Source of the DNA: Jimgerdemannia flammicorona
Taxonomy: Eukaryota
NCBI GenBank assembly: GCA_003990765.1
Contig: RBNJ01000221.1
Span: 1 to 36,391 of the forward strand
DNA: 36,391 nucleotides
Reading direction: 5' to 3'
Under the pieces are notes generated by a model. The model saw only the letters and a program-made list of their open reading frames with translations, ran no database searches and was not told the DNA's origin. The position numbers and the translations under genes are program-made. Numbering within the stretch: position 1 is the first letter of the stretch; each line of letters opens with the position of its first letter. Shown in pieces: positions 12,305-25,138 of the stretch.

Positions 12305-13087
12305 GTTGAATGAGGTGGGGTGTGGGGGAAAGGAACAACATGTTTCCCTGCCAGATGGTGCGAAGTAAGCATCTCAGTTAATGTGGATCGGCAAATAGAA
12401 TGCTTGCTACGTTTCACGGCAGGGCGGGAAATATCCATACGTGGTGGTTCCCGCGATCATCATTTAAAATTGCTCTAGTCGAGCGGATCGGGTGCGCAAG
12501 TGACACCTCTCGTGGTTATTTGCCCAACACACGATGCACGAATATGCATCTCCTCATGAGATGCATCGGGATCATGGCCGTAAATGAAGAGATTCTCTCG
12601 GTGAAGCATGGAAGTAGGAAAATTGAATGTTATCGTCACTACCTGTGCAGCTACGCTTACGAAAATCCTCCGTTTTAAACCGACAAGCGAAAATTCGGAG
12701 GGGATCGGCACCACCGCACGAATTTGGCAAATCGATCAGTTCACACATGGCCTTGGCGACGGATTTGTATGACACGCCCAAAAAAATCTCCGGGAACCAT
12801 GTATGCGGGAGAACGGACCAGCTACAAATCAGCCAAACCCGACTTTTCGGAACGAGGTCCTGTCACTGTTTGCTTAGGCAATTCGCGGTCCCCTGACAAA
12901 TAGCGTGAAATCACCCATGCAGTTGGGCAAACTTCGCGTGAGAATGCGTTCAGGCTCTATCGACACGTCAAGCCCTTCTGGTGCACTTCCTCATGGAAGG
13001 TAGCAATTCAAGGTCTTGTTTCTGCTTGCGTTTAATTTGTTTTGTGTGCGTAGAGCATGGGTACGTGTCCCTTATTCTTTCGCCTTT

Positions 13088-13089
<2 letters not shown>

Positions 13090-13148
<59 letters not shown>
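13090..13148. repeat. Poly(T) tract, ~59 nt
   Basis: Seen directly; it is the longest of many A/T homopolymers in the window. Confidence 0.9.
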
Positions 13149-13149
<1 letters not shown>

Positions 13150-13664
13150 TTCCTTACTCAACTATAAACCTTACGAGTCCCTCCATATGCCTTTCGTTTT
13201 CAGACTCACGCAGAAATTATCCCTATCGCCTCCCGCGTTGCCGTCCTTCTATAGCGTAGTTACATTATAGAGCTCGTTGGCGCCTAGAGATTTTCATTAA
13301 ACCGTTCCCATTTATAGTAACTAAACTACCGTATGATAAATATATCACCCCATCCGCCCCGTGATTTGCAATACATAATCATTCACATGGTAAAAAGAAA
13401 AAGGCCTAATGCAGAAAATACACATTCACGTGACGGAATGAAGCCGGATTAACCGATAGAGCGTAACAGCGAATAAAGAAATTATAACAGCCACTATGTA
13501 CTCCCAAGCATTAGGTCGTGGCCACCGGTTATGTTCCATGGATTGGAATGTTGTGCAATTTCATTTGCAAGTAATTAAGTTTGGTTCTTGATTTTCGGAA
13601 AGTACATGTATCAACATACAAGGCAATCTTCCTCTACTAGAACCTGACAATCATCCCACTCTAT

Positions 13665-14480
13665 TAAAAATTGCCCATTGTGGCACCCGAGATATCACCG
13701 CGGGATATTTTCGTGCACGTCATACTGGCTCTCGATATCAGCTGCCTGCAATCTCGGATCGGGGCAGGAGCTGGAGACAAGAAATTGGGAAACGTCGTAA
13801 CGGAAGTATTGCTTGGGTTTGATCTTGAGTCGCAAGTACACCAACGGTTTAAGAGTAGTGGCGAGGTGGGTTGCTCGAAACACGTGGCACGGCGATGCGA
13901 GATATTAATTAATTTCCGCGTGCTTGACAGGGGCGTATATACCATGTCGTGAAATTTTTGACGTTACCCTTTTCATTTGGATTGTCATCGTTGTCGAAGG
14001 TGGGTTTGCATTTTCGGAAGTCGTTAAGGTTACAGGGTGAGTATTTATTCAAGGTTACGGATTTGTTATCTTTGGCGGCGAAGTGAAATTTTCCGCATGA
14101 CTGGTGGGCTGACACCAACCTCGAGAAGCCAAACTCAAATGTGAAACATCTATTCGATTCAACTTCCGCTAAGTGACCTTAAGCTTGGAAATTACGCCTT
14201 GAGCGGGTACTCCGCCCGCAAGGAGGCCTACGATACCGTTTGGCTCCACCGATTTGCAAAGCGTGACTATCGGACCTTGTAATTATGATGCCGTAATCAG
14301 GAACCTGTCTTACCCGAGTCTTTGCAAGGCACGGAGAACAGTTTCTGGAGTCAAGAATTTCGACCACGTTATTGACGGGTCAGCGAATCAGAAGGATATG
14401 GTGCGGAAGACATGTTGAAGGCTTTCAGGGATCACGTCACAAATTTGGACGCTTCCGAATTTTATTATCCAGATTAGTAA
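13665..14480 (+). pseudogene. Possible highly degraded F-box/LRR-like pseudogene
   Basis: The fragments PEISPRDIFVHVILALD (F-box-like), RIYHVVKFLTLPF and AK*P*AWKLRLE (~CP.L..L.L) occur in plausible order across frameshifts and stops. Support is weak. Confidence 0.3.
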
Positions 14481-15806
14481 ACGCCCATGCTTCCTTACCA
14501 TAAACTGACCCCCTGCTTCCCGGATAATGATACCACTTATTAAATATTCCATCGACGCCCTACCTAAAGTAACCACAAGCTTTATCCTTGACAACGGCGG
14601 ATTGCACACGTTGATATTAGATTGACCAATCCTGATGCTCCCACTGCCATGGGTGCCGGTTGAGGACTTCTCTAACCCAGTTCACTTGTGAGGCACGTTC
14701 CAAGCAAGCTTTTTTTTGGTCAGTTCGAATGACAGTGAAATAATATCTCGCTCTATATGACCATGTACATCACTAAAACGGATAAAAGGACGCTGCTGGT
14801 CCAAAACATTGTTTCTCAGTCAGTACTAGCAGTACCCACGATCATCTATACATCCTGCGTCTCCACCCTGATAACCGTACTGGTATAGCTAAGACCGGCC
14901 ATCACATTCTAACGCTCTAGTCATAATTACAAGACTCAATGATTCCTACCTTGACCTTCGCTTCTTTTTCGTCACCAGATCATCAGCAGTCGTAACATAG
15001 GTCATCCTGAGCATCATTCCACATAGCCGTTGGCCTTTTAGTAGTAGCGAGTGAAATGGGGAATGATCCACCATCGTTTTCTGTGTTTTCTTATTATTGC
15101 GTTTTCCATTTAGCCGATTATAACATCAGCAACCTTTTTTCATCGGCAGCAATAATTACGTACAGCATTTTTATAACTGACCAGAAGACACAATTCCATC
15201 CTCCGTGTATGTATTCAAAACCTTCGTGTTGGATAGCCATCTTAGATGGGGAAATTAATCAACTGCTACATATTTTACGTGTTCCTATCGACATATAAGA
15301 GTTACGTGATGCAAAGACTCAACGATGTCGTTTTTTAGGAAGGCAAATCCGAGAAAACATAAATCCCCCCGATTTCAGCGTCGTTAAGTAGGACATTAAT
15401 CAAATATAAGCTTTAAAAGGGTGTCCCCTATTAAATTCATAATTTATCTTCGTCTTCACGTCGTCGTTATTAGTGCTGAGGACTTGATATTTCGTGTAAT
15501 TTTGATTCGCATCGCATTCCATAATCTTGCTTTGTGTGCGGCTAACGTTCCTATGTCATCAAACATATTCGATCAATTTCAACCCCTTGATGTAATACTG
15601 ATTTTGTATAAATTACGAGAAGTGGAGCGCAGGGTGCGGGTTCAAGCGGTATTTGTAGGCGTGATTTCCCTGATTTCCTGTCCCGATCGACTTAATCATC
15701 TATATAGTCGATTCGTTAAAAAGACGGATGAACATTTTCTGCCGACTTTCATTCATCACTTTATTTATAGTGCGAGCAACAGATCCGACTAAACTCGAGT
15801 CAAAAC

Positions 15807-15845
<39 letters not shown>

Positions 15846-16349
15846 GCAAAAGAGTAACCGACGTACACAATGGAAATATATCGCAACCTTGTAAGCTGTT
15901 AATTAAACCCACTTGTCCGTTGAGGGCCGGGCCATGTGGGATCCAAGGAGAAACAAAAACAAACGAAAATGAGATTTTACTACATCTAGAGATTTGAGAC
16001 AAAAGCAATGCTTGTCGTCGGACGTCGATCTAAAATCGTTGCCTGGTCGCGGAAATGGAACTAACGCGGCCAGGACCAACCCGCAAATATTGATGTGGAC
16101 GGCGTGAACGGTGCGATGAGGGCACCCCCCCCTTCCCAAGGTGGCGGTATTATGATGGATCTTGGGGGATTGTTGTGCCAGAGAAGGTGTTTGGATGTAG
16201 TGTCGGAACCTTTTCTTTATTTTATTTTATTTTATTTTATTTTTTCTGTCGAGCGTGAAGTTGATAGTCCATTTTGCGGTTAGGGGTGGACTGATTTGTG
16301 TGAGAGAAATTTTTATATATCGTGCGCGTGTTTTTCTCCGCTGCGCGTT

Positions 16350-17136
16350 GGAAGGGGTCTTAGTCTCAAGGACGACATCGTCTCCATTTGGAAGGACTAT
16401 ATCACGATGTGACCATCGTCTGCACACGCAACGATGACGCCCCGTCGGCTTCGGAGCGCTATGCAGTTCTCTGACATCAACAATATGGATCCGGCTGGGA
16501 GATGGCGTGCCAAGCGCCTTGCTGCTCAAATGATGAGCCACTTGACCCTACATTAGCGGAAACCTTTCCTCTCCATATGGCGTATTGCCATCACGCCTGC
16601 AAGAACACCACATGCCCTACGGGGCATCCGTCCGCATGTCGCAAAAAGGCGTGCCACAATGTCAGCCTCCAGTGGGGTCGATCGAAAGTCGGTTCCCGAG
16701 TGGTTGTTTAGGAAGATGGCTAATTTGGGAAGCTTCAATCGGGGAATTCGGAACAAACAGCACGGGTTTCGGTTCCTGGGACGAATTTTCGCGAATAGGA
16801 CATTGTCGTTGAATTCAATGGATCGTATCGCACCTTTATCGTCTGTGAGATTTGGGCTCGTTGGAGAGTATTTCACCCATTTTGATAGTTGTATGAATCG
16901 CCAGCTGCATGTATGACCTTTCCAATTCTTCAAAAACGACGATATGCAATTGCTACAAAAGTGTTGCAAATGGCGATATCGTAACCTTGCATTTAAACCT
17001 AAATGATCATATCTGTACCCTTCCATCAATGGATTCAATTATGGAATAGCCTGGAGCAATCTCTCTAACATGGTGTACCCTACCGTGACCTTACGTAGAG
17101 GATGTAAATTATTGGATAAAAGATCGCTGAGGCTGA
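16350..17136 (+). pseudogene. Pseudogene duplicate of the BTB-SPRY gene at 21377-22871
   Basis: There is direct nucleotide similarity. 16363-16422 matches exon 1 (ctcaaggacga...gtcaccatcgtctgc, ~21403-21466). The match then jumps to ~22078 (cgtcggcttcggagcg), deleting the BTB core, and follows the gene to its stop (ggataaaagatc...gaggctga) with many indels and frameshifts. 3' flank homology continues to ~17462 (vs ~23230). Confidence 0.93.
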
Positions 17137-18287
17137 ACGACTTAGCAATATAAGCATTCTGCCTTAAAATTTTATGACCTATATACATTGTAGCCATAGC
17201 AGTTTTTTTTTTTTTTTTTTTTCGGCTCATGTCTTTTATAGTTGCGTTGAGAACATTTTAATTGAATTTTAACAAAATATATTTTTCTATTTCATTATCA
17301 GAAGTCTAATACATGAGCTTCCGGCTGTGATTTTACACTACTCATTCGATCCGGAATCAGGAATGTCGAATTCCAATTGCAGTTGAAAACACCCTGACCC
17401 ACAGGCACTGAAAGCGGCCTGGCAGGGCCCAACGCTTACCATGACTAGCATCTCCAATGAATGTTTGAATGGTTGTGATTCTGTTTTGGAGCCTTGTTTC
17501 CGGTATCCAAAATTTACATGGCCTTCTTGTTTCCCAAAGCAAGCGCGTCGGGGTCGACCCACGAACGAAACAACCCTCCTCTCTTCCCTCCCGGAAACCG
17601 AAAAGCTTTCCAAAGGACATCAGCTCCCTTGTTCTTTTTGCAGACCGAAACTTCTGTAATAACAGCCATAGAATTCGCGTTATATTCTCGCATGCACATA
17701 CCGTCCACATCTCCTTCTAATTGCGTATCAGACCATCATTAAATTAAAGCCGGTACTAAAAAAGACTTCGTCGGCAATGAAAACAACAAAAAAGCACTTG
17801 CTGAGTTGGTACTGTCCATTCCGGTTGGAATCCATTCTAATGTCCATGCATGCTGGGGTCGTACACGCAGCACTCATCTGAGAAACGTTAAAAGAAAACA
17901 GTTACCAAATATGCATCGATGTTTCAAGTTGTTGAGCTCCCGCGCAGGGGGCAATCACCAATTTGGACCATAAGCCCACAAAACCACCACACACGACTCG
18001 GCACGCACAAGAGACGAAAGCAGGCGTACATTCCCACGATCCAATATATACACTTGGCCGGCAAATTGCAGGGCTCATTGACTATATTTGAGGTCAATGT
18101 CAATCATTATTATACTGATATATTTTACTTTATTCTTGCATGAATGAGGCGAAACTAAAAAAGGTTGCAACGTCGCCTAATGGAAATTGACAGAGGGTCG
18201 CCGTAGCCAAATACTTATTGTTACATGGATACCCCGATAGTCGACTATAGCTGAGCACCTCCCCAACCCGCGGGCCCATAAACTGGC

Positions 18288-20208
18288 TCACAAGGACCTG
18301 AAGACGTCGTGAGAGTCGTACTTCGCCTTGAGCTCGCGCAGGCGTTCATAGTTTGAGCCAACCTCTTTGGCGCTGTCTTCTGAGCCATCGGAGTGATTGT
18401 AATCTGCGATGTTGTTAGGGTCATGTGGCGTGAAATCATATTAGAATACAGTACCCCCCTCCCTTCGCCTTCCAATAAAAAAAAAAAAAAAAAAAAACAC
18501 ATACACATCCTATTAGGATTCCCATCCTTCATAAAAATTTTCTGCAAGCTCCTCGCCCATTCCGATATCTTCGCATCATCCTTCGGATCCTTCCACACAC
18601 TCATAACCGCAACATCAATTAACGGGTCCCTAAACGCGAACGCGGTAGAATCCTTCGGGCGGGCCTCGATGGCGGCGGTAGGAACCAAGAGGACGAGGAT
18701 GACAGACTTTGATGCGCCGGGGACGGACCCCTCTATGGCCGGGTCTGTGAATTGGACAAAGGAGTTGAACGCCTCACGGAAGGTAGCTGGACGCATGTGG
18801 CGGACGTTGGCGTCAGTGGACATCTTGCGGCCGCCGAAGGGGGCCGCGTCGTTACTTAAGCCATTCATATCGCTGTAGGGGCGCATTTGCACCGTCGAGA
18901 CAACGTAGGGGAGGGAGAGAAAGCCTGAGAAGACGGCTTGCGCTTCGGATTCGGGACCTTGATAGAAAGGGGCGGCAATTATGATCGGCTGGAAATGGTG
19001 GGTAGGTGGGTGTTTGTGAATGGTCGGCATGGTGATGTGAACAGTTGATGATCTTACATGAGGTTCTGCGCACTGGTGTTCTTGAATAAAAAAGAAAGAA
19101 AGAGGGACTTACATTGCCGTCCGGGCCACGCGCTATCCCCAACAGACATGCCGACTTGGGGTGACTCTTCTGCATGAGTTCCTCCGAGGCCTCAACGAGG
19201 GCATCCAACTGATTAGGCGGGTATATGAGCATCCCGCCCCAGACTTTGTCGGGGATGTCGTGTGCTTTGTAGGTAAACTGAAAAGTATAACACATATGAA
19301 AAGTGGTCTCACGAGGCCGACTCCTTTGAACTACGACCGCATCAAACAACCGCGCGACCAGCCAGCAAACGCACCTTGGTAACGCAACCGAACTTGTTCC
19401 CCGCGCCACGGATGGCCCAGAACAGGTCGGGCATGCGGTTCTCGTCGATGGTGTGGATGGATCCGTCCGCGAGCACGATCTCTGCCTCGACAAAATTGTC
19501 GATCGCCAGCCCATATTGGCCCGACAGGAAGCCATACCCGCCGCCGAGGGTCAGTCCGCCCACGCCCGTGTGATTGACTGTACCGCCCACTAGCACAAGG
19601 GAACAAGGATTTCGATTCGGATTAGAAAAATGTTCTGCTGGCGCGTCTTCAATGGCAATCCCCAACAAGTGGTTCAATCACCTACCAGTCGCGAGCCCCT
19701 TCTCGGCGGCGGCAGCGTCCACGTCCCGCCAGAGCGCGCCGCCGCCGGATACGATCAGCTTGCGCTCGGCGTCGACGGCGACGTTGCGCAGCTGGTGGAG
19801 GTCGATGACGATGCCGCCGTCGGTGCTGGAGTGGCCGTTGGTCGAGTGGCCGCCACATTTGACGACGAGGGGGATATGGCGAGCGACAGCGAACTTGATC
19901 TGGAATGTGAAATTGAGATAGTATGTGACGATGAATATACATCTCCGACGTTCTCTCGCTCAATGGAGAGATATGGGATGAAAAGTTGTATATACGGGAA
20001 ACCGCGTCAGAAATCTCACCGTCTCAGAGACATCCTGCGCGCTCGCGACCTGAACGACGAGCCCAGCTGGCTTGATGGCATTGTCGGCCCACCGCACAAT
20101 GGATTCTTCATACCCGGGATCGGCGTGCGTGATGACCTTGGCCTGGAGCGACAGGGATTCCTTGAAAGCCTCGAGGGCGGCAGTGGGGATGTCGTTCGCG
20201 TTATTCAT
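18288..20208 (-). CDS. FAD-linked oxidase (FAD_binding_4 plus BBE domain; 6-hydroxy-D-nicotine oxidase/berberine-bridge-enzyme-like), 6 exons
   Basis: Exons 20208-20020, 19899-19686, 19589-19375, 19277-19113, 18988-18505 and 18403-18288 join in frame at GT-AG sites. Motifs are VKCGGHS (His for covalent FAD), [34 protein letters not shown] and the C-terminal BBE motif YYN...[20 protein letters not shown]. Confidence 0.93.
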
Positions 20209-20251
20209 CTTACTCGGGGAGTCAATGGTATGTGAGTGAAAGCTCAGACCT

Positions 20252-20258
20252 TTTTATA
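20252..20258 (-). promoter_or_regulatory. Putative TATA box of the FAD oxidase gene
   Basis: TATAAAA lies on the minus strand ~45 nt upstream of the ATG at 20208. Confidence 0.5.
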
Positions 20259-21376
20259 ACCGCGTCACAAACTGAGCCCCTTCCCTTGCAGGTCTTCGAG
20301 CCCAACGAACTTTTGCGCCCGTACCACACAGGTTAAGGGAGACGCCTCGTCCCTTATCCCCAGTTTGGCAAAGCGGCGGAATCAGCTAGGCGGTCTTTGC
20401 GCCGAAGTGCCCAGTATGATTGATTTTGTTTATTAATTACTCACGATGGCCGTAACACAACCCGTCCTGGATGGATCGCCTTAATCAACAAACAACCCTC
20501 TATGGTTGATTACGTTTTCTAAGCCCGACGACCAAAAATAAAATAAAATTAAAGACCATCTGCACAGGGACTTCATGAATTATCGAGAATTTATATTAAA
20601 ATTGCATGCTAAAAACCAGTTGCAAATTACACCGGTTTTGTATTTGTTCTCATGGGAAATACGTCCCGTAATGGAAAAAAGTTTTCGCAACCATTTTATG
20701 CGGCATATGAAGGACCTGAAAAGGAAGAGCCCGTAAGACAATGGTGCTGGGCGAGAGTGCGTTGGGAAGTGTGCGGAGAAGAGGGTGTTTTAAATGTATG
20801 TAATATAGTGGTTTAGTTGGCTTTTATTGCGCGCCAATGGCACTTGCAAAATAATTAGCAATAAAACATACCGACGTTTTGTTAAGCAAAAGGAAGCAAC
20901 GAATGGCTATCACTCAAATTAATCATCTTTTTAAAAGAGAAGGAAAAAAAAAAAATCTGTCGTGAGGCAATAAATACACATAATAATGTGCATTGTCTGA
21001 AGTACATACAGAAACAAATCAGTAATGCTTCCATAAACTCCTCAACCCACTTTCCACCAACCGCCAAAACAGGACTCCATGTATCATAATCAACAAAGTC
21101 CGTCTGGTTTCCGAACCCCTTAAGCGCCCTCACCACAGACTTGTGTTTTGAACTGCCCATGTGAACAATGTGCATCGGCCTGTAGTGACACTCCACAAAT
21201 CCATACGATAGATCGATGATGCAAGCATCTCGACATTTGCACATGCGAAATGCCACGCATCATCTATTGTCTAACCTTGTCAAACGCTGCGCCACGATTC
21301 AGATCAAAACAGAATAGTTCTTTCCACAACCGAAATCAAACCTCAACTTCCAAACCGAACCTTTTCTCTCGCTTGT

Positions 21377-22871
21377 ATGGACATGGTCGAAAGCGGTATT
21401 TGCCTCAAGGACGATATTGTCTCCATCTGGAAGGACCCAACCTACCACGATGTCACCATCGTCTGCGCCGACGGTGTCGAGCTTGGCGCATGCCGTGCCG
21501 TACTGGCTTCAAGGTTTGTCCGATTTAACAGTTTAGTTTTTTCGTCGTTTTTCATACGCTTTCCACACTCCTGATTTCATATGATCTCTTAATAGATGCC
21601 AAGTTTTCAAGGCGATGCTGTATGGAAACATGCGAGAGGGTTCCTCTCAACGCGTCGTTCTCAACGATATCACCTCAACGGTGCTCAACATTGTCCTCGG
21701 ATTCATTCACACAGAAACTATTGACAATACTGTTGACATTTCCATCGCGGTAGGAATGTACCGCGCAGCAAATTTTCTCCTCCTCCCAAAGCTCATGAAA
21801 ATGGTACTGGATCATGCGCACGACCTCGCCGATTTTGGTGTGGCCTCATCGCTTCTCAACGAAGCCGTCGCCGCTATCCCTTGGAGCGAAGCCAACAAGG
21901 ACCTCTACGACATACTCCTCAACCCCTTTCGCGCTCACAAGCTCGCCATCGGCGAACTGACCGACCTTTCCGAAGAGGCCCTCGAGCTGCTCCTCACCGA
22001 GGCAGTGACCCTTTCCACGCCTGAGCACGACCTGTTGCTATGTGTCGTCGACTGGGTTTGGGGACGTAGCGAGAGGGCGCCGTCGGCTTCGGAGCGCCGT
22101 GCTGTTCTCCATAACATCAACGATATGGTTGCGGGGTGCGACAGCACGATCCAGCTAGGAGATGGTGCGTCGTGCGCCTTGCTACTCAAAATGATGAACC
22201 ACTTTGACCTCACGCTCGTCTGTCCACATCGACTAAAGATCCTTGCGGAGGCAGTCGATACGTTTGCGGGAACCTCTCCACACTACATGGCGTTTTGTCA
22301 CCACGCCTGCAAGAACACCGTATGCCCTACAGGTCATCCGTCCACAAGTCGCGGAAAGACGCGTCACAACGCCAGTCTCCAGTGGGATCGATCAAAAGTC
22401 GGTTCTCAAGTGATCGTTTCGGAAGATGGCCAGGTTGCGGAGCTTCCATTGGGTGTTTTAGGACAGACAGCACGAATTTCCGTTCCTGGGACAAAGATTC
22501 ACAACGATCTATGCAAATGGGACATTGTCGTTGAATCCATTGGATCGCAAAGCGTCTGTGAGATTGGGTTAGTTGGAGAGAAATTCGCACGTTTTGATAG
22601 TCTTATGGAATTTCAGACATCCGCATGGATTTTCCAATCTTGGGAAGGTAACAAACGTACGATGGTTGGACATAATCGTCACAATTACGGCGAAGTAATT
22701 AGAAATGGCGATCTCATAACCTTTCATTTAAACCTAAATGATCATACCTGTGCCCTTTCGATCAACGGATTCAATCACGGGACAGCCTGGAGAAATCTCC
22801 CTGACAAGGTGTACCCGGCTGTCTCCTTACGTGGAGGATGCAAGTATCGGATAAAAGATCATCGAGGCTGA
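21377..22871 (+). CDS. BTB/POZ (plus BACK-like) and C-terminal SPRY/B30.2-like domain protein, 470 aa, 2 exons
   Basis: Exon 1 (21377-21513) and exon 2 (21596-22871), with a gtttgt...aatag intron, give YHDVTIVCADGVELGACRAVLASRCQVFKAMLYGNMRE (BTB). The C-terminal part has WDIVVE...CEIGLVG...YGEVIRNGDLITFHLNLNDHTCALSINGFNHGTAWRNLPDKVYPAVSL (SPRY). Confidence 0.92.
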
Positions 22872-23231
22872 ATGATGAGATCACAAATAGTCCATCTGCT
22901 TTATCTTGGCAATATAATCATTCTGTATCATAACCTATATTGTATTGCCTTAAAATTTTTATGAGCTGTGTGCATTATAGTCATAGAAATTTTTTTCAAC
23001 TCATATCTTAACTATAAACTATTATGTCTGTTTTTAGTCATCTGTTAACAAAATGTAAAATGAATTTTAACTTTCTGTTTTATCATCAGAAGTTTAATCC
23101 ACCAGCTTCTAGTTGTGATTTTACACTATACATTCGATCCGAAATCAGGGATGTCGTACTCTAATTATAGTTCAAAACACCCTGACTGAAAGCGGCTTGG
23201 CGGAGCTGAATGCTTAACCTCCAATGAATCT

Positions 23232-23290
23232 CGTCAAACGCTGCGCCACGATTCATATCAAAACCCCACGACCGAAATCGAACCTCCACT
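23232..23290 (+). repeat. Copy of the BTB-SPRY gene's upstream region placed just after its 3' flank
   Basis: gtcaaacgctgcgccacgattca(t/g)atcaaaac...ccac(g/a)accgaaatc(g/a)aacctc matches ~21279-21347. Confidence 0.85.
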
Positions 23291-24757
23291 CTCTAGCTCG
23301 CTTCAGTCCCCACAGTGCTCGTCATGATCCCAAAATATTCACCAAACTGATTGGTAGAAAGTAAGGGACGAATCGAAACATGTTTCCAAAAATACATTAC
23401 GCGAAATGTCATTCGCCGGCATGTAGATTCGAGATTCGTCGGTTTCGCGCTTTGCCGCTTTATACGCTGCCAACGGTCCGAGTCGGAACTACCAAACTGG
23501 TTTCTGTCTTTGTTGTCGCCAGCAAAAAAATATTACAAGGGTCGTTATCGACGTGGAAGCTTGTCATAAGAAGGTCGAACGTTCGTCATCATGACAAAGA
23601 CGCCACCGCGCAGACATGTGATGCGTCGACCTTATTATGCACTTTACATGCGTACTTGACGACTAGCATACTAGCATAGTAATGTTGCATGCAACCCTCT
23701 TAGCGTTACCCAGAAGCCACCACGAGGAGGTGGGGTTGCGTAGGCTTCCACGTACCTTATAGAGCCCTTAAAAATCTACAACCCATCCAGATCACCCCCC
23801 TACGCCGGTCCCGACGTCTTGCTACCTCTCCACTTATCCAGGGGAGTACGCCGCAGCATTCGTCACTCGTCCTCTTGACTCCTCCAGCCCCTTTGACACA
23901 CCGTGCAGAGCTGGAGGGACACCACAAATCATCCGTATAGGGTAATAGTGTCTCATCCTTCTTGTCTCGGTGGTTCAGTTAGACGCAGCCTCTACCTTTG
24001 GTTAAGATAAAAAATAACATAAACACAAACATAAACCGAAGTAGAAACACGCCAAGGAGGCCTTGGCCGAACCGGCCCGAGGGATGGAAGCACCACACTA
24101 AACCTGTTGAGAGGAGGGAGGTCCTGGAGAAAAAAAAAAAAAAAAAAAAAATGGAAGAAATGTTAGTAGATTGGTATTACGCCGCTACCTGGGCCTGTGA
24201 AATAATAGAAAAATAGAGCGGTTCTCCGATCAAATGGTGGATTGTCAACGGATGCGAAAAATACAAACAGAAAAGCATAACGTGAAGGAAAGGAGGCGGT
24301 GCTATATCCCCCAACTTCCCGTGATCTGATAACGCATTTCGTCATTGCGTTTGCATTTCATGCATTCTGGCGCCTACCGTTGTACCATCAATTGCTAGTG
24401 ACGTACTCTGAAACACCTATCGAAACATTTGAAATGGTGCAAGATCGGTATGAAGAAATACCGCAGAGTTTCAAAATTACGGAAAAGATCAATCACATCG
24501 CTAACTGCCTATCAGTCCTAATTTCCGGCTTATCGGTGCTTAAATAAATATATTGAATGCTCTGGAGTTTTGGATTTTTCGCATTTTATCATGAATATAA
24601 TAGAGCGATGGAACATGGTTCAAATTCCCAGTAGACGAATGTCAAAGCAGAGCAAATGAAAGTATAATGAAATGAGAAGGAAAATTGGTTTCCCGCCGCA
24701 GCATTCCGCAACTCTTTTAAAAACACAACGCACACTACCTGAAGCTCGAGACACAAC

Positions 24758-25138
24758 ATGCCTACCTATACTGTCGACAAAGAATTCCTGGAGATTACTC
24801 TTCAAAAGGAGAACCCCGAGCGATCCGACATCGTCGTTCTTGTCGCTACAAAAATACGCACGATTGTTGAGCACATTGCCGAGGCTGATCACGTACCGCC
24901 GATGCCCCGACTCAAGTTCCAGATCCAGGAGGGTTACCTTCCTGAGGTTCTCCCGAATCGCGACAAGACTTTCTTAACATTCGAAGAATTCCGCGAAAGC
25001 ACGCACAAATACATTCACATCGGCGCAACAGAGCACGCTGAAATCACCGATGGTTGCACAGAAGTGATTGAAGAACTATGCGAGTTCGCAAATTGTCTGT
25101 TGTTGAAAGACAATTTTCTGATGCTACGACCCCTCTGA
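24758..25138 (+). CDS. Hypothetical 126-aa intronless protein
   Basis: An ATG in a good context (cacaacATG) starts an ORF with gene-like C-ending codon usage, globular-protein-like composition and AT-rich flanks. I recognise no domain. Confidence 0.6.
   Translation: MPTYTVDKEFLEITLQKENPERSDIVVLVATKIRTIVEHIAEADHVPPMPRLKFQIQEGYLPEVLPNRDKTFLTFEEFRESTHKYIHIGATEHAEITDGCTEVIEELCEFANCLLLKDNFLMLRPL

Noticed and set aside
15420..15790. Minus-strand IKSIGTGNQGNHAYK resembling a kinase Gly-loop
   Set aside because: There are multiple stops and no downstream VAxK, HRD or DFG motifs.
16553..17038. 161-aa minus-strand ORF
   Set aside because: It is antisense to the BTB-SPRY pseudogene and has no independent motif.
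19630..20235. 201-aa plus-strand ORF (and 18393-18878 +)
   Set aside because: These are antisense shadows of the GC-rich FAD oxidase exons.
20882..21256. 124-aa minus-strand ORF divergent from the BTB gene
   Set aside because: It has no recognisable domain and runs into a poly-T tract, so it cannot be supported.
23700..24150. GC-rich stretch ending in a ~21-nt A run, a possible retroposed element
   Set aside because: No TSD or RT similarity was seen, and A/T runs are ubiquitous in this window.
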